The translations under genes were made by a program, and so were the position numbers. DNA of 64,000 nt from Blastocatellia bacterium. Lineage in GTDB: Bacteria; Acidobacteriota; Blastocatellia; UBA7656. The notes under the pieces are model-generated. The model saw only the letters and a list, made by a program, of their open reading frames with translations, searched no databases and had not been told where the DNA came from. This document shows, in pieces, positions 19,439 through 28,818 of this stretch. Numbering within the stretch: position 1 is the first letter of the stretch; each line of letters starts with the position of its first letter. The stretch lies in NCBI GenBank assembly GCA_035455165.1, contig DATIFP010000249.1, positions 4,528 to 68,527 of the forward strand, given 5' to 3'.

Positions 19439-19867
19439 ATGGCTTCGTTCAACAAGATAACTATAGTGGGTTACCTGGGACGGGATCCCGAGTTGAGGTA
19501 TACGCCGGACGGCACGCCAGTTTGCGACTTCTCAGTAGCTACAACCGAGCGTCGTAAAGACAAATCAGGCGAACCTCAGGACATAACTACGTGGTTTCGT
19601 GTGACGGCTTGGAGGAGGTTGGCTGAGCTCGCTGGACAGTACCTCGCAAAGGGCCGACAAGTCTATGTTGAGGGGCGCCTGGTTCAGCGTGAGTACCAGG
19701 ACCGCGACGGAAACACCAGATTTAATTTGGAGGTTACCGCTTCGGATATTCAGTTCATCGGCGCCCGCGGCGACGATGCACAACCGATGAGAGCTGGTGC
19801 GAGTGCTCAGCCTCGGCAACAAGGCGACTCAGCCCCGGCGGTTACCGAGGACGATATCCCATTCTGA
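19439..19867 (+). CDS. ssb: single-stranded DNA-binding protein
   Basis: OB fold N-terminus (NKITIVGYLGRDPELRYTPDG), a Gly/Gln/Pro-rich linker and an acidic tail ending DDIPF. Confidence 0.9.
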   Translation: MASFNKITIVGYLGRDPELRYTPDGTPVCDFSVATTERRKDKSGEPQDITTWFRVTAWRRLAELAGQYLAKGRQVYVEGRLVQREYQDRDGNTRFNLEVTASDIQFIGARGDDAQPMRAGASAQPRQQGDSAPAVTEDDIPF

Positions 19868-19878
19868 TGCTCCTCGGG

Positions 19879-21288
19879 TCATTCGTCGAGAATGAACCGC
19901 TTGCTCAGGCCCAATTCCTTGATCTTGTGTTGAAGGCTCTGGCGGTGCATCCCGAGTTTCGCCGCGGCGCGGGTGACATTCCCACCCGCTTGCTCGAGCG
20001 ACTTCTCGATGTACTTCCGCTCGAAGTCCCTCTTTGCCGTTTTGAAGTCCACTGCCTCAGAGACACTGACCTCCGAGGCATCGGCTGGCTGGCTCAAGCG
20101 TCCTCTACCTGAGAGCATTTCCTCAGGGAGCGCCTCAACGGTAATTTCTTTATTGTCAGCAAGAACAACGGCTCTCTCAAGACAGTTCTTTAGCTGACGC
20201 ACATTGCCGGGCCATCGATACTCAAGTAAAACTTTAAGAACCTCATTTGACATCCCCAGCACTTCATTCCGATACGCAAGCGAGAACCGGCTGCAGAATG
20301 CGTGGGCGAGCGCAGGGATATCCGACTTTCGTTCTCTAAGCGGCGGCAAATCGATGTTGACCACGCACAGGCGATAGTACAGGTCCTCCCGGAAGTTGCC
20401 GTTCTCGACTTCCCTCTCCAACGGTTTGTTGGTTGCGCTTATTATGCGCGCGTCGCTGGTCAGCGTGTCGTTACTGCCGAGCCGTTGAAACTTCTTGTCC
20501 TCGATAACGCGGAGGACCTTGGCTTGAGTCGACAAGCTCATGTCTCCTATCTCATCGAGGAAAAGTGTGCCACGATTCGCGGCTTCAAACTTCCCTATCC
20601 TCCTAGCCGCTGCTCCGGTGAATGCTCCCTTCTCGTGACCGAAAAGTTCGGACTCGATTAATTCCTCTGGCATTGCCGCACAGTTCAGAGTAACGAACGG
20701 GCCGGAGGCGTTTCGGCTTCTCGAGTGAATCTCTTTGGCGACCATCTCCTTGCCCGTCCCCGACTCACCGGTAATCAGCACGCTGACTTCGGTCTGGGCG
20801 ACCTTTTCAATCAAGGAATAGACTCTTTCCATCGCCGGGGAAGAACCAACCAGTTGGCCAAAGGTGCCTGTTGCTGCAAGCTCCCGTCGAAGCCGTTGAT
20901 TCTCCGAACGTAGCCTGTGAGTCTCAATAGCGTTCTTCACCAGAACGCGCAACTCGTCAACATCGAACGGCTTGGCGAGATAGTCGTACGCCCCAAGTTT
21001 GATTGCCTGAACAGCCATGCGTTCCGAACCGTGAGCAGTGACTACTATGACTACTGGAGGGGATTCTCTTGATACGAGGGCCGGCAGGTAATCAAACCCG
21101 GATTCCGAGGCGATTCTGACATCAAGAAGAACGACGTCGGGGGCGTTTGATTCGACGGCACGCTCTGCGGTCTTCAGCGTGTCGGCCTCGATGATAGTGT
21201 ATCCTTCTCTTTCCAGCGCTCGTGCCATTCCGTAACGAGCCGCTGGTTCATCATCAACGATAAGCACTACGGGTTTCATCATCGGCAA
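19879..21288 (-). CDS. sigma-54-dependent response regulator (NtrC family)
   Basis: REC domain (VDDE...D), AAA+ domain with GESGTGKE, the GAFTGA loop, and a C-terminal Fis-type HTH. Confidence 0.9.
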   Translation of the reverse strand: MPMMKPVVLIVDDEPAARYGMARALEREGYTIIEADTLKTAERAVESNAPDVVLLDVRIASESGFDYLPALVSRESPPVVIVVTAHGSERMAVQAIKLGAYDYLAKPFDVDELRVLVKNAIETHRLRSENQRLRRELAATGTFGQLVGSSPAMERVYSLIEKVAQTEVSVLITGESGTGKEMVAKEIHSRSRNASGPFVTLNCAAMPEELIESELFGHEKGAFTGAAARRIGKFEAANRGTLFLDEIGDMSLSTQAKVLRVIEDKKFQRLGSNDTLTSDARIISATNKPLEREVENGNFREDLYYRLCVVNIDLPPLRERKSDIPALAHAFCSRFSLAYRNEVLGMSNEVLKVLLEYRWPGNVRQLKNCLERAVVLADNKEITVEALPEEMLSGRGRLSQPADASEVSVSEAVDFKTAKRDFERKYIEKSLEQAGGNVTRAAAKLGMHRQSLQHKIKELGLSKRFILDE

Positions 21289-21348
21289 GAAACATCGAGG
21301 CGTTCCCGTTTCGAAGGAGACAGAGTTTCAGGAAGGGTATCCACGCCG

Positions 21349-21840
21349 TTATTTCTTGCCCTTCTTATCTGCCCCTTCGTCACTCCAGAAACCGACCGCG
21401 TTATCTTTCTCGAAAGGATAGAGCTCGTTCGTGTCGGCGTTGTATTCCCATTCCGCCACCAAGACCTGCTTTTGCCAGTCTTGGTACCCAAACGCGACTT
21501 TCCAACGTCCCTTTTTTTCAGTGGCAAGGAGTTTTTTCTGCCCCGCCTCCCAACCTATCGGCGTGATGTTGTAAGCACCCTTGGTCTTCGAATACTCATC
21601 CACCATCTCAGCGAGAGTCTTCGTAGACAGTTGCCCGTTCACCGCCGGTTTCATCGCCTGGACCTTTTCGATTATCGCCTTGCCCTCGGGAGTCGTCTTG
21701 GCAATCCGGTCCTCGATAGCTGCAATCTTCGGATCTTTAGCCGCCCTCGCCACTGGGGCTGGCTTGTGCTCGCAACCAACCATCAACAGAAGAACTGCCA
21801 CAACTGGCATGATCCTACGCATTTTTTTCTCAGCCTCCAT
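21349..21840 (-). CDS. hypothetical lipoprotein
   Basis: Signal peptide with lipobox LLLMVGC. No family recognised. Confidence 0.4.
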   Translation of the reverse strand: MEAEKKMRRIMPVVAVLLLMVGCEHKPAPVARAAKDPKIAAIEDRIAKTTPEGKAIIEKVQAMKPAVNGQLSTKTLAEMVDEYSKTKGAYNITPIGWEAGQKKLLATEKKGRWKVAFGYQDWQKQVLVAEWEYNADTNELYPFEKDNAVGFWSDEGADKKGKK

Positions 21841-21867
21841 TCGAGTTAAGACAAAACAAGAGCGCGC

Positions 21868-23184
21868 TTACGGTTTCGCCATCAGAATCCTGAGATCCCG
21901 TGCGTTGTTCCCCGTGGGTCCCGTCACAACAAGGCCTCCCATATGATTGAAGAACGAATGAGAATCATTGGTGCTTATGAATACTGAGGCGTATTCACCG
22001 GGTTGCGAAGCTGGTCCTCCAACTCCGCCACTTGCGACCGCCCCGGCCGCACTGCTATTTCCGTCGATTCCATCCGTACCGCACGATAGCACAGCGACTT
22101 CCTGGAGACCCCTGCCGGCCAAAAGCCTTGCCGAGTATAACACGAATTCTTGGTTGCGCCCACCAACGCCATCACCTCGAACCGGACACAAAACTTCGCC
22201 TCCCGATATCACGCAGACGCGCTCGCCTGGCGCTGTTGACTGGAGTCGCAAGAGACGTCCGACCAACCGACTCGCGACCCGTTCATAATCGTCTTCGTTT
22301 GGCTCAGCGTCGACTTCCACTCGAAATCCCAGACCTCTCGTTATTGCGGCCGCCTTCTCCAGCACGTTCGAGTTTTCAAGTAAGAGTCTGAATATCGGCT
22401 GGCGACTTCCCCAGGTCCAATTTCCAATCGGTTTAACCGAAGGCGCAGTCCGTATCGCGTGACACACCGCGGGTGGCAGCTTCTCCATCAGGTGAAAGCG
22501 GTTGGCGATGTCGAAAACCTCTTCGGGTCTAAGATCCTCCGGCAAGAGAGGATTGGAAGCAACGGACGGCATATCCCCCTCGTTCACGTCCGAAACGACA
22601 AATGCTACAACCTTGGAATTCCTCGCCAGGTATCCGAGGCGCCCACCTTTGATTCGAGACAGATGCTTCCTTATTATGTTGACCTCTCGAATGCTGGCCC
22701 CGCACCGCGTCAACACACGGTTCGCGCGGATGAGATCCCCGAGCGAGATGCCGCGGCTTAGCGGAAACTCGACGAGGGCCGAGCCCCCACCCGAGATCAG
22801 GAAGATCAAGAGGGTATCGTCGCCACACGAATTCACCAGTTCAAGGATCTGTTCGCCGGCCACCAGGCTGTTGGCATCGGGTAAGGGATGCCCCGCCACA
22901 ATAACCTGTGACCTCACGTTGGTCTTCGCCCGGCGATCTGTAACCAGGATCCCCCGTCCTATTCGTTCGCCGAGACAGCCCTCAACCGCCGCCGCCATCT
23001 TGAGGCACGCCTTGCCCATTCCGACCATCACAATTTCGGTGTACGAGCTGAGGTCTATCCGTTCCGCGCCGATGCTGAGGGTGTTACCTTCAAGCGTGAG
23101 GGCTTGCCTGATGAGCGCATCGGGCTCAATGGCTTGTAGCGTCTCAAGGAATACGCGCTTCGCGATTTCCTGCAGTCCGGTCAT
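21868..23184 (-). CDS. glycerate 2-kinase / hydroxypyruvate reductase-like (DUF4147 + MOFRL)
   Basis: N-terminal GMGKA and the C-terminal MOFRL signature GTDGIDG. The start is probably MTGLQEIAK (23184) rather than the longest ORF (23271). Confidence 0.7.
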   Translation of the reverse strand: MTGLQEIAKRVFLETLQAIEPDALIRQALTLEGNTLSIGAERIDLSSYTEIVMVGMGKACLKMAAAVEGCLGERIGRGILVTDRRAKTNVRSQVIVAGHPLPDANSLVAGEQILELVNSCGDDTLLIFLISGGGSALVEFPLSRGISLGDLIRANRVLTRCGASIREVNIIRKHLSRIKGGRLGYLARNSKVVAFVVSDVNEGDMPSVASNPLLPEDLRPEEVFDIANRFHLMEKLPPAVCHAIRTAPSVKPIGNWTWGSRQPIFRLLLENSNVLEKAAAITRGLGFRVEVDAEPNEDDYERVASRLVGRLLRLQSTAPGERVCVISGGEVLCPVRGDGVGGRNQEFVLYSARLLAGRGLQEVAVLSCGTDGIDGNSSAAGAVASGGVGGPASQPGEYASVFISTNDSHSFFNHMGGLVVTGPTGNNARDLRILMAKP

Positions 23185-23356
23185 AACAGGAACGATGCGG
23201 ATAAGGAATGAGAATGCCCGACAAGGCGGATCAACCGGCAGAACTGAGAGCGCGCACGCTATGCGGACCAACGCGACCGAGCGGGTCCCAATACATCTCT
23301 AGCTTGTCGAGTCTTGGCTGAACGTTCGATATCTGGAACCAAGAATACTGAGAGCT

Positions 23357-25213
23357 TCAGTTCTCAATCTCCGACGAGTTTATGTTATAGGTCTGCATCA
23401 GCTGCAGCACATCCTCGCGAATCGAGTCCCATCTGGCCGCGAGGGGGTCTGCGCCGCGGCTCGTTGTCGTCGCAATAACGCGATCCGTTCGCCTCGCCTG
23501 CTTCGCCATCCCCAGAGTCGCGCCGCGCAGGCTCTGACGATCCCGAAGGGAGCTGGTCAACCTTGTATAAAGCTGTGCGGCATTCGCGAAGCTGTCTATT
23601 GCAAACAGCAGTTCTATTTCGGGCTCTCTGTACTGCGCGGCATTCTCCACCTGGACGCCGCTTCCGGTCATTCGCACGCCGTAGATTCGCTGGTACTCGG
23701 ACAACAGTTCTTCGGCTTTGCGTTGTATGCTAACTGCCGATGAAGGTGCCGCGCTGGGCGGCTCACCGGTGTCCGGGGCGGCTACTTCTCGACCGCTGCC
23801 CCCGCTCGTCCTGCTTTCCAGCGCAATTACCTTATCGCCACCGGCGCCGTGAACCACGACTCGCCGCACATAATTCACACCGTCCTTCACCGTCGTCTCT
23901 ATGCGACCTCGGGTCAGGACCTGGGTGACCATCCCGGTCGGTCGGATCGCTCTGGCATAAACCTCCAGGGTGTCGCCGTTGACTACGTGCTCTTCAAACC
24001 AACGCCAGCCGCCGGTGTTTGCTTGTGTGTTGACCGAGACATAAATCCCGCCGTCCGCCGTTTTGCTTGCGCTCGCCGAAAGCACATTTGCCAATTCGTT
24101 GTTCGAGGTTTCTACGCTCTCACTCCTCGAGTCCCTTGGCCGATCTGATACACGATCCCTCGGTGGCGAGCCGCCCATGATCCCAAGACTCTTGGCTGTT
24201 TGAGGATCCAGGTCCCCGCTCTCCGGCAGATTGTGCTCGCGCTGATAAGTGCGTAGCGCCCCCGCAGTGCGCGGGCTCATGACTCCATCGGCCTCACCTT
24301 CGTAGTATCCCTGTTCTTTCAACGCGCCTTGCGCCTTGCGAACCATCTCGGGAGATGAGAGCGGAAGGGGGGCAGGCGTATCTGCCCTCTCAGGTTCAGT
24401 TCGGTTTTCAGCCTCAGCGCGCGAAGGGATCGCCCGATCGGTCGAATCGGGTCGGGAATCGGCTGAATCAGCTCGGTCCGGTCTGCCGGTCGGTTGATCG
24501 GCTGAAGGGTCGGCCGGAGGAGCGGTTTCTGAAATGAAGCTCTCCCGGATTGACAACCCTTGCTTGAGTTGAACGCCGAATGTGGTGCCAGATGGAACTT
24601 CAGCTTCTTCACCCTTAGACAGAAGCACTCCGGCAACGCCGACCCCCGCACCAACTGCGCCTCCCAGTACAGCGCCCTTGCCGCCGCCGGCGATACCTCC
24701 AAGCACCGCTCCAATCGCACCGCCTCCACCGATGAACACCGACGGTCGTTTGTTCCCTTCCCCGGACACTCGACTCTCGTCGTCAATTCGGCGCCGCGTC
24801 TCCGGATCATCGGAGGTCAAAACCCCGACCAGAGGCACAACTGCGCCGTTAGGAAACACCAGATCATCAAAGTCGACCCCGATTGTACCCGACCTGTTCA
24901 TTCGCTTCGCGGGGGTCACCTGGGTGACTCGTCCTTCCACCACCGTGCCTGCCGGGATCACTGTCTTGCCGTTCACATACACCGGAACGGTGACGGTCGC
25001 TGTGAATTTGTCCCCGACGTGAGCGGTTCCGGAACTGAGACTTCCACTCAATTGCACGTTGATCACCGTGTCGGCGGGCAGTGTCCAGCTCCGTTCACTA
25101 TACTGCGACGAGCTGTAACGCGATCGTCTATCCTGAGCATTCGTGTTCAGGGCCAGCGCGCTCACCAGCGCAAAAGCGATCGCGGCGGCTACGAGGTTTC
25201 TATGCGACTGCAT
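23357..25213 (-). CDS. secreted multidomain protein with glycine-zipper segment and PG_binding_1-like domain
   Basis: GGAGG lies 8 nt before the ATG at 25213. It has a signal peptide, the glycine zipper GGGGAIGAVLGGIAGGGKGAVLGGAVGAGVGVAG, and AQGALKEQGYYEGEADGVMSPRTAGALRTYQREHNLPESGDLD, which matches the peptidoglycan-binding repeat. Confidence 0.55.
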   Translation of the reverse strand: MQSHRNLVAAAIAFALVSALALNTNAQDRRSRYSSSQYSERSWTLPADTVINVQLSGSLSSGTAHVGDKFTATVTVPVYVNGKTVIPAGTVVEGRVTQVTPAKRMNRSGTIGVDFDDLVFPNGAVVPLVGVLTSDDPETRRRIDDESRVSGEGNKRPSVFIGGGGAIGAVLGGIAGGGKGAVLGGAVGAGVGVAGVLLSKGEEAEVPSGTTFGVQLKQGLSIRESFISETAPPADPSADQPTGRPDRADSADSRPDSTDRAIPSRAEAENRTEPERADTPAPLPLSSPEMVRKAQGALKEQGYYEGEADGVMSPRTAGALRTYQREHNLPESGDLDPQTAKSLGIMGGSPPRDRVSDRPRDSRSESVETSNNELANVLSASASKTADGGIYVSVNTQANTGGWRWFEEHVVNGDTLEVYARAIRPTGMVTQVLTRGRIETTVKDGVNYVRRVVVHGAGGDKVIALESRTSGGSGREVAAPDTGEPPSAAPSSAVSIQRKAEELLSEYQRIYGVRMTGSGVQVENAAQYREPEIELLFAIDSFANAAQLYTRLTSSLRDRQSLRGATLGMAKQARRTDRVIATTTSRGADPLAARWDSIREDVLQLMQTYNINSSEIEN

Positions 25214-25256
25214 CGTACTTACCTCCACACATCAAGACTCTGCCAGGGGGTTCTGT

Positions 25257-27023
25257 TCACATGCTAAGACGTTGAACCGCGTTGATTCTGTTGTCCGCTT
25301 CCACGAACTTAGTTATTGGCAATCGAACAGTTGCGGTTGTGCCCTCGCCGATCCGGCTGACGATGATCAGGTCACCGCCGTGCAGTTCGGCAATTTGTTT
25401 GGCGATGGCCATGCCCAGCCCGGTTCCCTTCTCTTTGGTCGTGTAAAACGGTTCGAAGAGCCGGCTGAGGGTCTGGCCATCCATTCCCGATCCGCGATCG
25501 GCGATGTCTACAAATACCTCCTCGTTTCGCTCGAGCCTCGTCCTGAGCTCGATCTCGCTTCCCGGCTCGCTCGCCTCGATTGCATTAATAATAAGGTTCA
25601 GAAAGAGTTTTCTGAGCTCCGTCCCGTCATATTCAGCCACCGGGATGTCGCGGTTGTACTCCCTCTTCACTTGCATCTGCTTCGCGATAAGGCGATCGGC
25701 AGCCATCGGAATTAGATCATCCAGCAGATCATTCAGATTTACTGCGGCGCGATTCAATCGCTTAGGACGACCGAATTCCGACAGCTCAGTGACGATCGAC
25801 GCCAGATGATCAACGCTTCGCTCGATCACCTGAATCGTAGACTGAGCGTCAGCCGGTCTGGCAGCTGCCTGTCGCTTAAGAAATTCAGCAGCGAACCGGA
25901 TGCTCCCAAGCGGATTCTTGATTTCGTGCGCGATCTGCGCGGTCATCTGGCCCACCGCAGCAAGAGCGCTATTGCGTCGGAGCTCGGATTGGGCGCGGAC
26001 CATCTCGCTTACGTCTACGAATACCAGAATGACACCTTGCTGCTCGCCCGCGACGATCAACGGTGACGCAAAGACATCGAATAGCGCCGCGCCCAGCTTG
26101 ACCCTTCCGTGATACCGGCTGCTGGAATCTTGCCGGGCGAGTTCGCCCGAAATCGCTTCCAACAGCGCCGCGTTGTCACGGAAGAGCTCTTTGAAACTTT
26201 GCACGCGACTTGATGCCGGTCCGATCCCCGGCAGTTTCCTGAACGACTGGCTTATTGTTTGAATACTGCCGTCGACCCCGATCACGACTACTCCTGAGAC
26301 CAGGCTATCGAGGAGCGATTGAAGATAGTCTCTCGATTCGGCGCTTGCGCTATAAGCAGTTTCGAGCCGCTTCAAACCCTTCCTGATCTCGTAGAACGCC
26401 AGCGCCGCAACAACTACGCCAACCATAAGCACGGCTCCGGTTGCCAGGGTTATCTTTCTTCGCGCGCTGAGGCTCATTTGGTGCGCCTGCGAATTGCTCT
26501 GCCGGCGTTCCTGATCCACAAACTGGTCAAGCTGCTTGATCGCTGCCAACAGCCTCGTTCGTTGATCGTGCCATTCGTTGGCGCTCGGCTTGTCCACCGC
26601 GTTCCAAAACTCCCTGTAGGCCGCTTCGAATTCGCCCCATTCATCGGTGTCAGCAAGCGAGCTGCCTCGACCCGTACTCACTTCCGCATCCATTTCTTTC
26701 TTCAAGTCGCCGAGCCTGTGCTCCGACGGCAGACGCATCAGGGGATTCGTTTCGTAGGCCGTTGCCTGCCGGGCCTCGGGGATGATCTTCCCGGCAGTCT
26801 CTGAAATATTAAGTAGAATCCGAAGATGCTCCTCGCCTATATCGTCAACCGTGACACTCTCCCGCTCGAGCTGCTCGACGCTGCGCACGCTCCGATATCC
26901 AATGCCTGCGATCAGCAGGAGCAGGACCATGAAACCGAGAAAGAGGGTGTTGCGAACCAGCGATTCGACCGTGGCGGGTGGTCCGAGAACCCATTCCCGC
27001 AACTTTCGGATGTAAGCCATCAT
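25257..27023 (-). CDS. sensor histidine kinase (TM sensor, PAS, HisKA, HATPase_c)
   Basis: H-box IAHEIKNPLGSI, N-box NLIINAIEA, and G-boxes DRGSGM and GTGLGMAIA. It has two TM segments. Confidence 0.85.
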   Translation of the reverse strand: MMAYIRKLREWVLGPPATVESLVRNTLFLGFMVLLLLIAGIGYRSVRSVEQLERESVTVDDIGEEHLRILLNISETAGKIIPEARQATAYETNPLMRLPSEHRLGDLKKEMDAEVSTGRGSSLADTDEWGEFEAAYREFWNAVDKPSANEWHDQRTRLLAAIKQLDQFVDQERRQSNSQAHQMSLSARRKITLATGAVLMVGVVVAALAFYEIRKGLKRLETAYSASAESRDYLQSLLDSLVSGVVVIGVDGSIQTISQSFRKLPGIGPASSRVQSFKELFRDNAALLEAISGELARQDSSSRYHGRVKLGAALFDVFASPLIVAGEQQGVILVFVDVSEMVRAQSELRRNSALAAVGQMTAQIAHEIKNPLGSIRFAAEFLKRQAAARPADAQSTIQVIERSVDHLASIVTELSEFGRPKRLNRAAVNLNDLLDDLIPMAADRLIAKQMQVKREYNRDIPVAEYDGTELRKLFLNLIINAIEASEPGSEIELRTRLERNEEVFVDIADRGSGMDGQTLSRLFEPFYTTKEKGTGLGMAIAKQIAELHGGDLIIVSRIGEGTTATVRLPITKFVEADNRINAVQRLSM

Positions 27024-27305
27024 AGGTCGTAAGCTCTATGGTGACGCTCGCAAGGAGCGTCTCGGATTAGCACAAATTTTTGATCATCAACGTGAGGATT
27101 ATCAAGACCGATATTAGCACGAGGTGCGGAATTCTCGAAACCAGCTGCGGCAACGCCACTCCGCAGCGACTGGTTAGATCGTCGCTCTGTTGATTTCCGG
27201 CGTCTCGAAGGATAACATCCTGACGAGAACCCCTCGAACCAGCGCGGATGTGTCGCGTTAATATATCCTTCTCGAAGAATCAACCACCTTAATGAGCGAG
27301 ACCTA

Positions 27306-27725
27306 GTGGGAATGACGATTGCGCTGATAATCCTCGCAGCAATATTTCTGGGCGTTCTTGGCCTGCACAGCTACAAGCAATTCAAGATCAGGCAACAACG
27401 CCGCATCGACGAAAACGAATACAATGTGGCGGTAACTGTGTGGGAGTTCGCGCGCGTACTCAAACAGCATCTGGACGCCGCAATCCAGAATAGCAGCGGC
27501 GTATTGGACTTCACCGAGATCACGGTGCCGCACAGTCAGGGTTACAAAGTCTCGCTTGAGCTCATCGGCGCGTATTTTCGGGTCTACGCCGTTCCAGCCA
27601 GGTATAACAAAACCGGCAGACTGTCTTTCCTGACAGACAACACTCTTAGCGTCAGGGCTTCAGATCGAGCTGGACAGCAAGCCTCGAGCGAGGATGGAGA
27701 ATACAAGGGCGATTCGAGTTCGTAA
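27306..27725 (+). CDS. small membrane-anchored hypothetical protein
   Basis: Single N-terminal TM segment (TIALIILAAIFLGVLGL). No family recognised. Confidence 0.35.
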   Translation: MGMTIALIILAAIFLGVLGLHSYKQFKIRQQRRIDENEYNVAVTVWEFARVLKQHLDAAIQNSSGVLDFTEITVPHSQGYKVSLELIGAYFRVYAVPARYNKTGRLSFLTDNTLSVRASDRAGQQASSEDGEYKGDSSS

Positions 27726-27805
27726 TTACAAAACGAGTGTTGCTGGAACCGGTCTATGCTAGTCTAATAGTTCTCCGAAGCTTCAACGAAGGAGGTCCGC
27801 CCCTA

Positions 27806-28729
27806 ATGCAATTCCATCGTACTGATTTCCGGCGGTTCAGATGGGTTGCCATCCTAGCGCTCGCGGCGTCAAGCGTCGCCCTAATAGGCGCAACCAGTAT
27901 CGCAAGCCTGGCGCGAACGCGGCCCGGTCTGCCGGCGATAGCCGGAACGCTCGCCAACCCCCAGGCCGCTGATGAAGACGGCGTAACACCCCTCATGCGC
28001 GCGGCTCGCGACGGTGAAGCACGGTTGCTGAGATCTCTTCTCAAAGAAGGCGGCGACGTGAACTCCGCAGATGCGTACGGATGGACCGCGCTCACTTATG
28101 CTGCGCGGAGAGGTGACGCCTCGATGGTTGCGGCGCTCGCCAACAAAGGCGCTGACTTGAACCACCAGTCTGATGACGGATTGACACCTCTGATGTACGC
28201 GGTGAGTGAAGGCTATGCGGACGCTGTCAGGGTCCTGTTGGAGAGAGGGGCAAACGTCAACGCCACCTCAAAAAGCGGCGCCACCGCCTTGACGCTCGCC
28301 GAACAACGAAACAACGCGCAGCAAACGATGGCTGGAACGAAGACAGTGACCCCCTCAAGGACAGTTGAGCGGAAGGATTATGCCGAAGTCGTCGAGCAAC
28401 TCAAACGGGCAGGCGCATTCGCTGGGAGTCCGGGCCCCCTCCTCCAGCTCGCGCCGGCGGTTGATTCAAGACCAGTCGCGCTGAACCATCCCTATCCCGC
28501 CTATACGGAGGAAGCACGCCGGTATAAGATCAACGCCACAATCCATATGCGTGTCCTTGTCGGTGAAGACGGCGCGGTCAAAAAGGTGAGAGTGCTAGTC
28601 GGCGCACCCTACGGACTAACCGAGCAGGCGGTGATCTCTGCCCACCAGCTAAGATTCAAGCCCGCATCCAGGGGCGGGAGGCCCGTTGAGTCCTGGACTT
28701 CCCTGTCTATGGATTTCAACATAAGGTAG
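27806..28729 (+). CDS. ankyrin-repeat protein fused to a TonB C-terminal domain
   Basis: AAGGAGG lies upstream of the ATG at 27806. It has a TM anchor, about 4 ANK repeats (GVTPLMRAARDGEARLLRSLLKEGGDVN...), and a C-terminus YPAYTEEARRYKINATIHMRVLVGEDGAV...FKPA typical of TonB_C. Confidence 0.7.
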   Translation: MQFHRTDFRRFRWVAILALAASSVALIGATSIASLARTRPGLPAIAGTLANPQAADEDGVTPLMRAARDGEARLLRSLLKEGGDVNSADAYGWTALTYAARRGDASMVAALANKGADLNHQSDDGLTPLMYAVSEGYADAVRVLLERGANVNATSKSGATALTLAEQRNNAQQTMAGTKTVTPSRTVERKDYAEVVEQLKRAGAFAGSPGPLLQLAPAVDSRPVALNHPYPAYTEEARRYKINATIHMRVLVGEDGAVKKVRVLVGAPYGLTEQAVISAHQLRFKPASRGGRPVESWTSLSMDFNIR

Positions 28730-28818
28730 CGGGGGCTGGTCGTCATCCGCGCGTTAAACGGCCCAAAGAACAGGCAAACGGGGGAGACAACAAATCAAGT
28801 TCGTCATCTCCTGACTAT

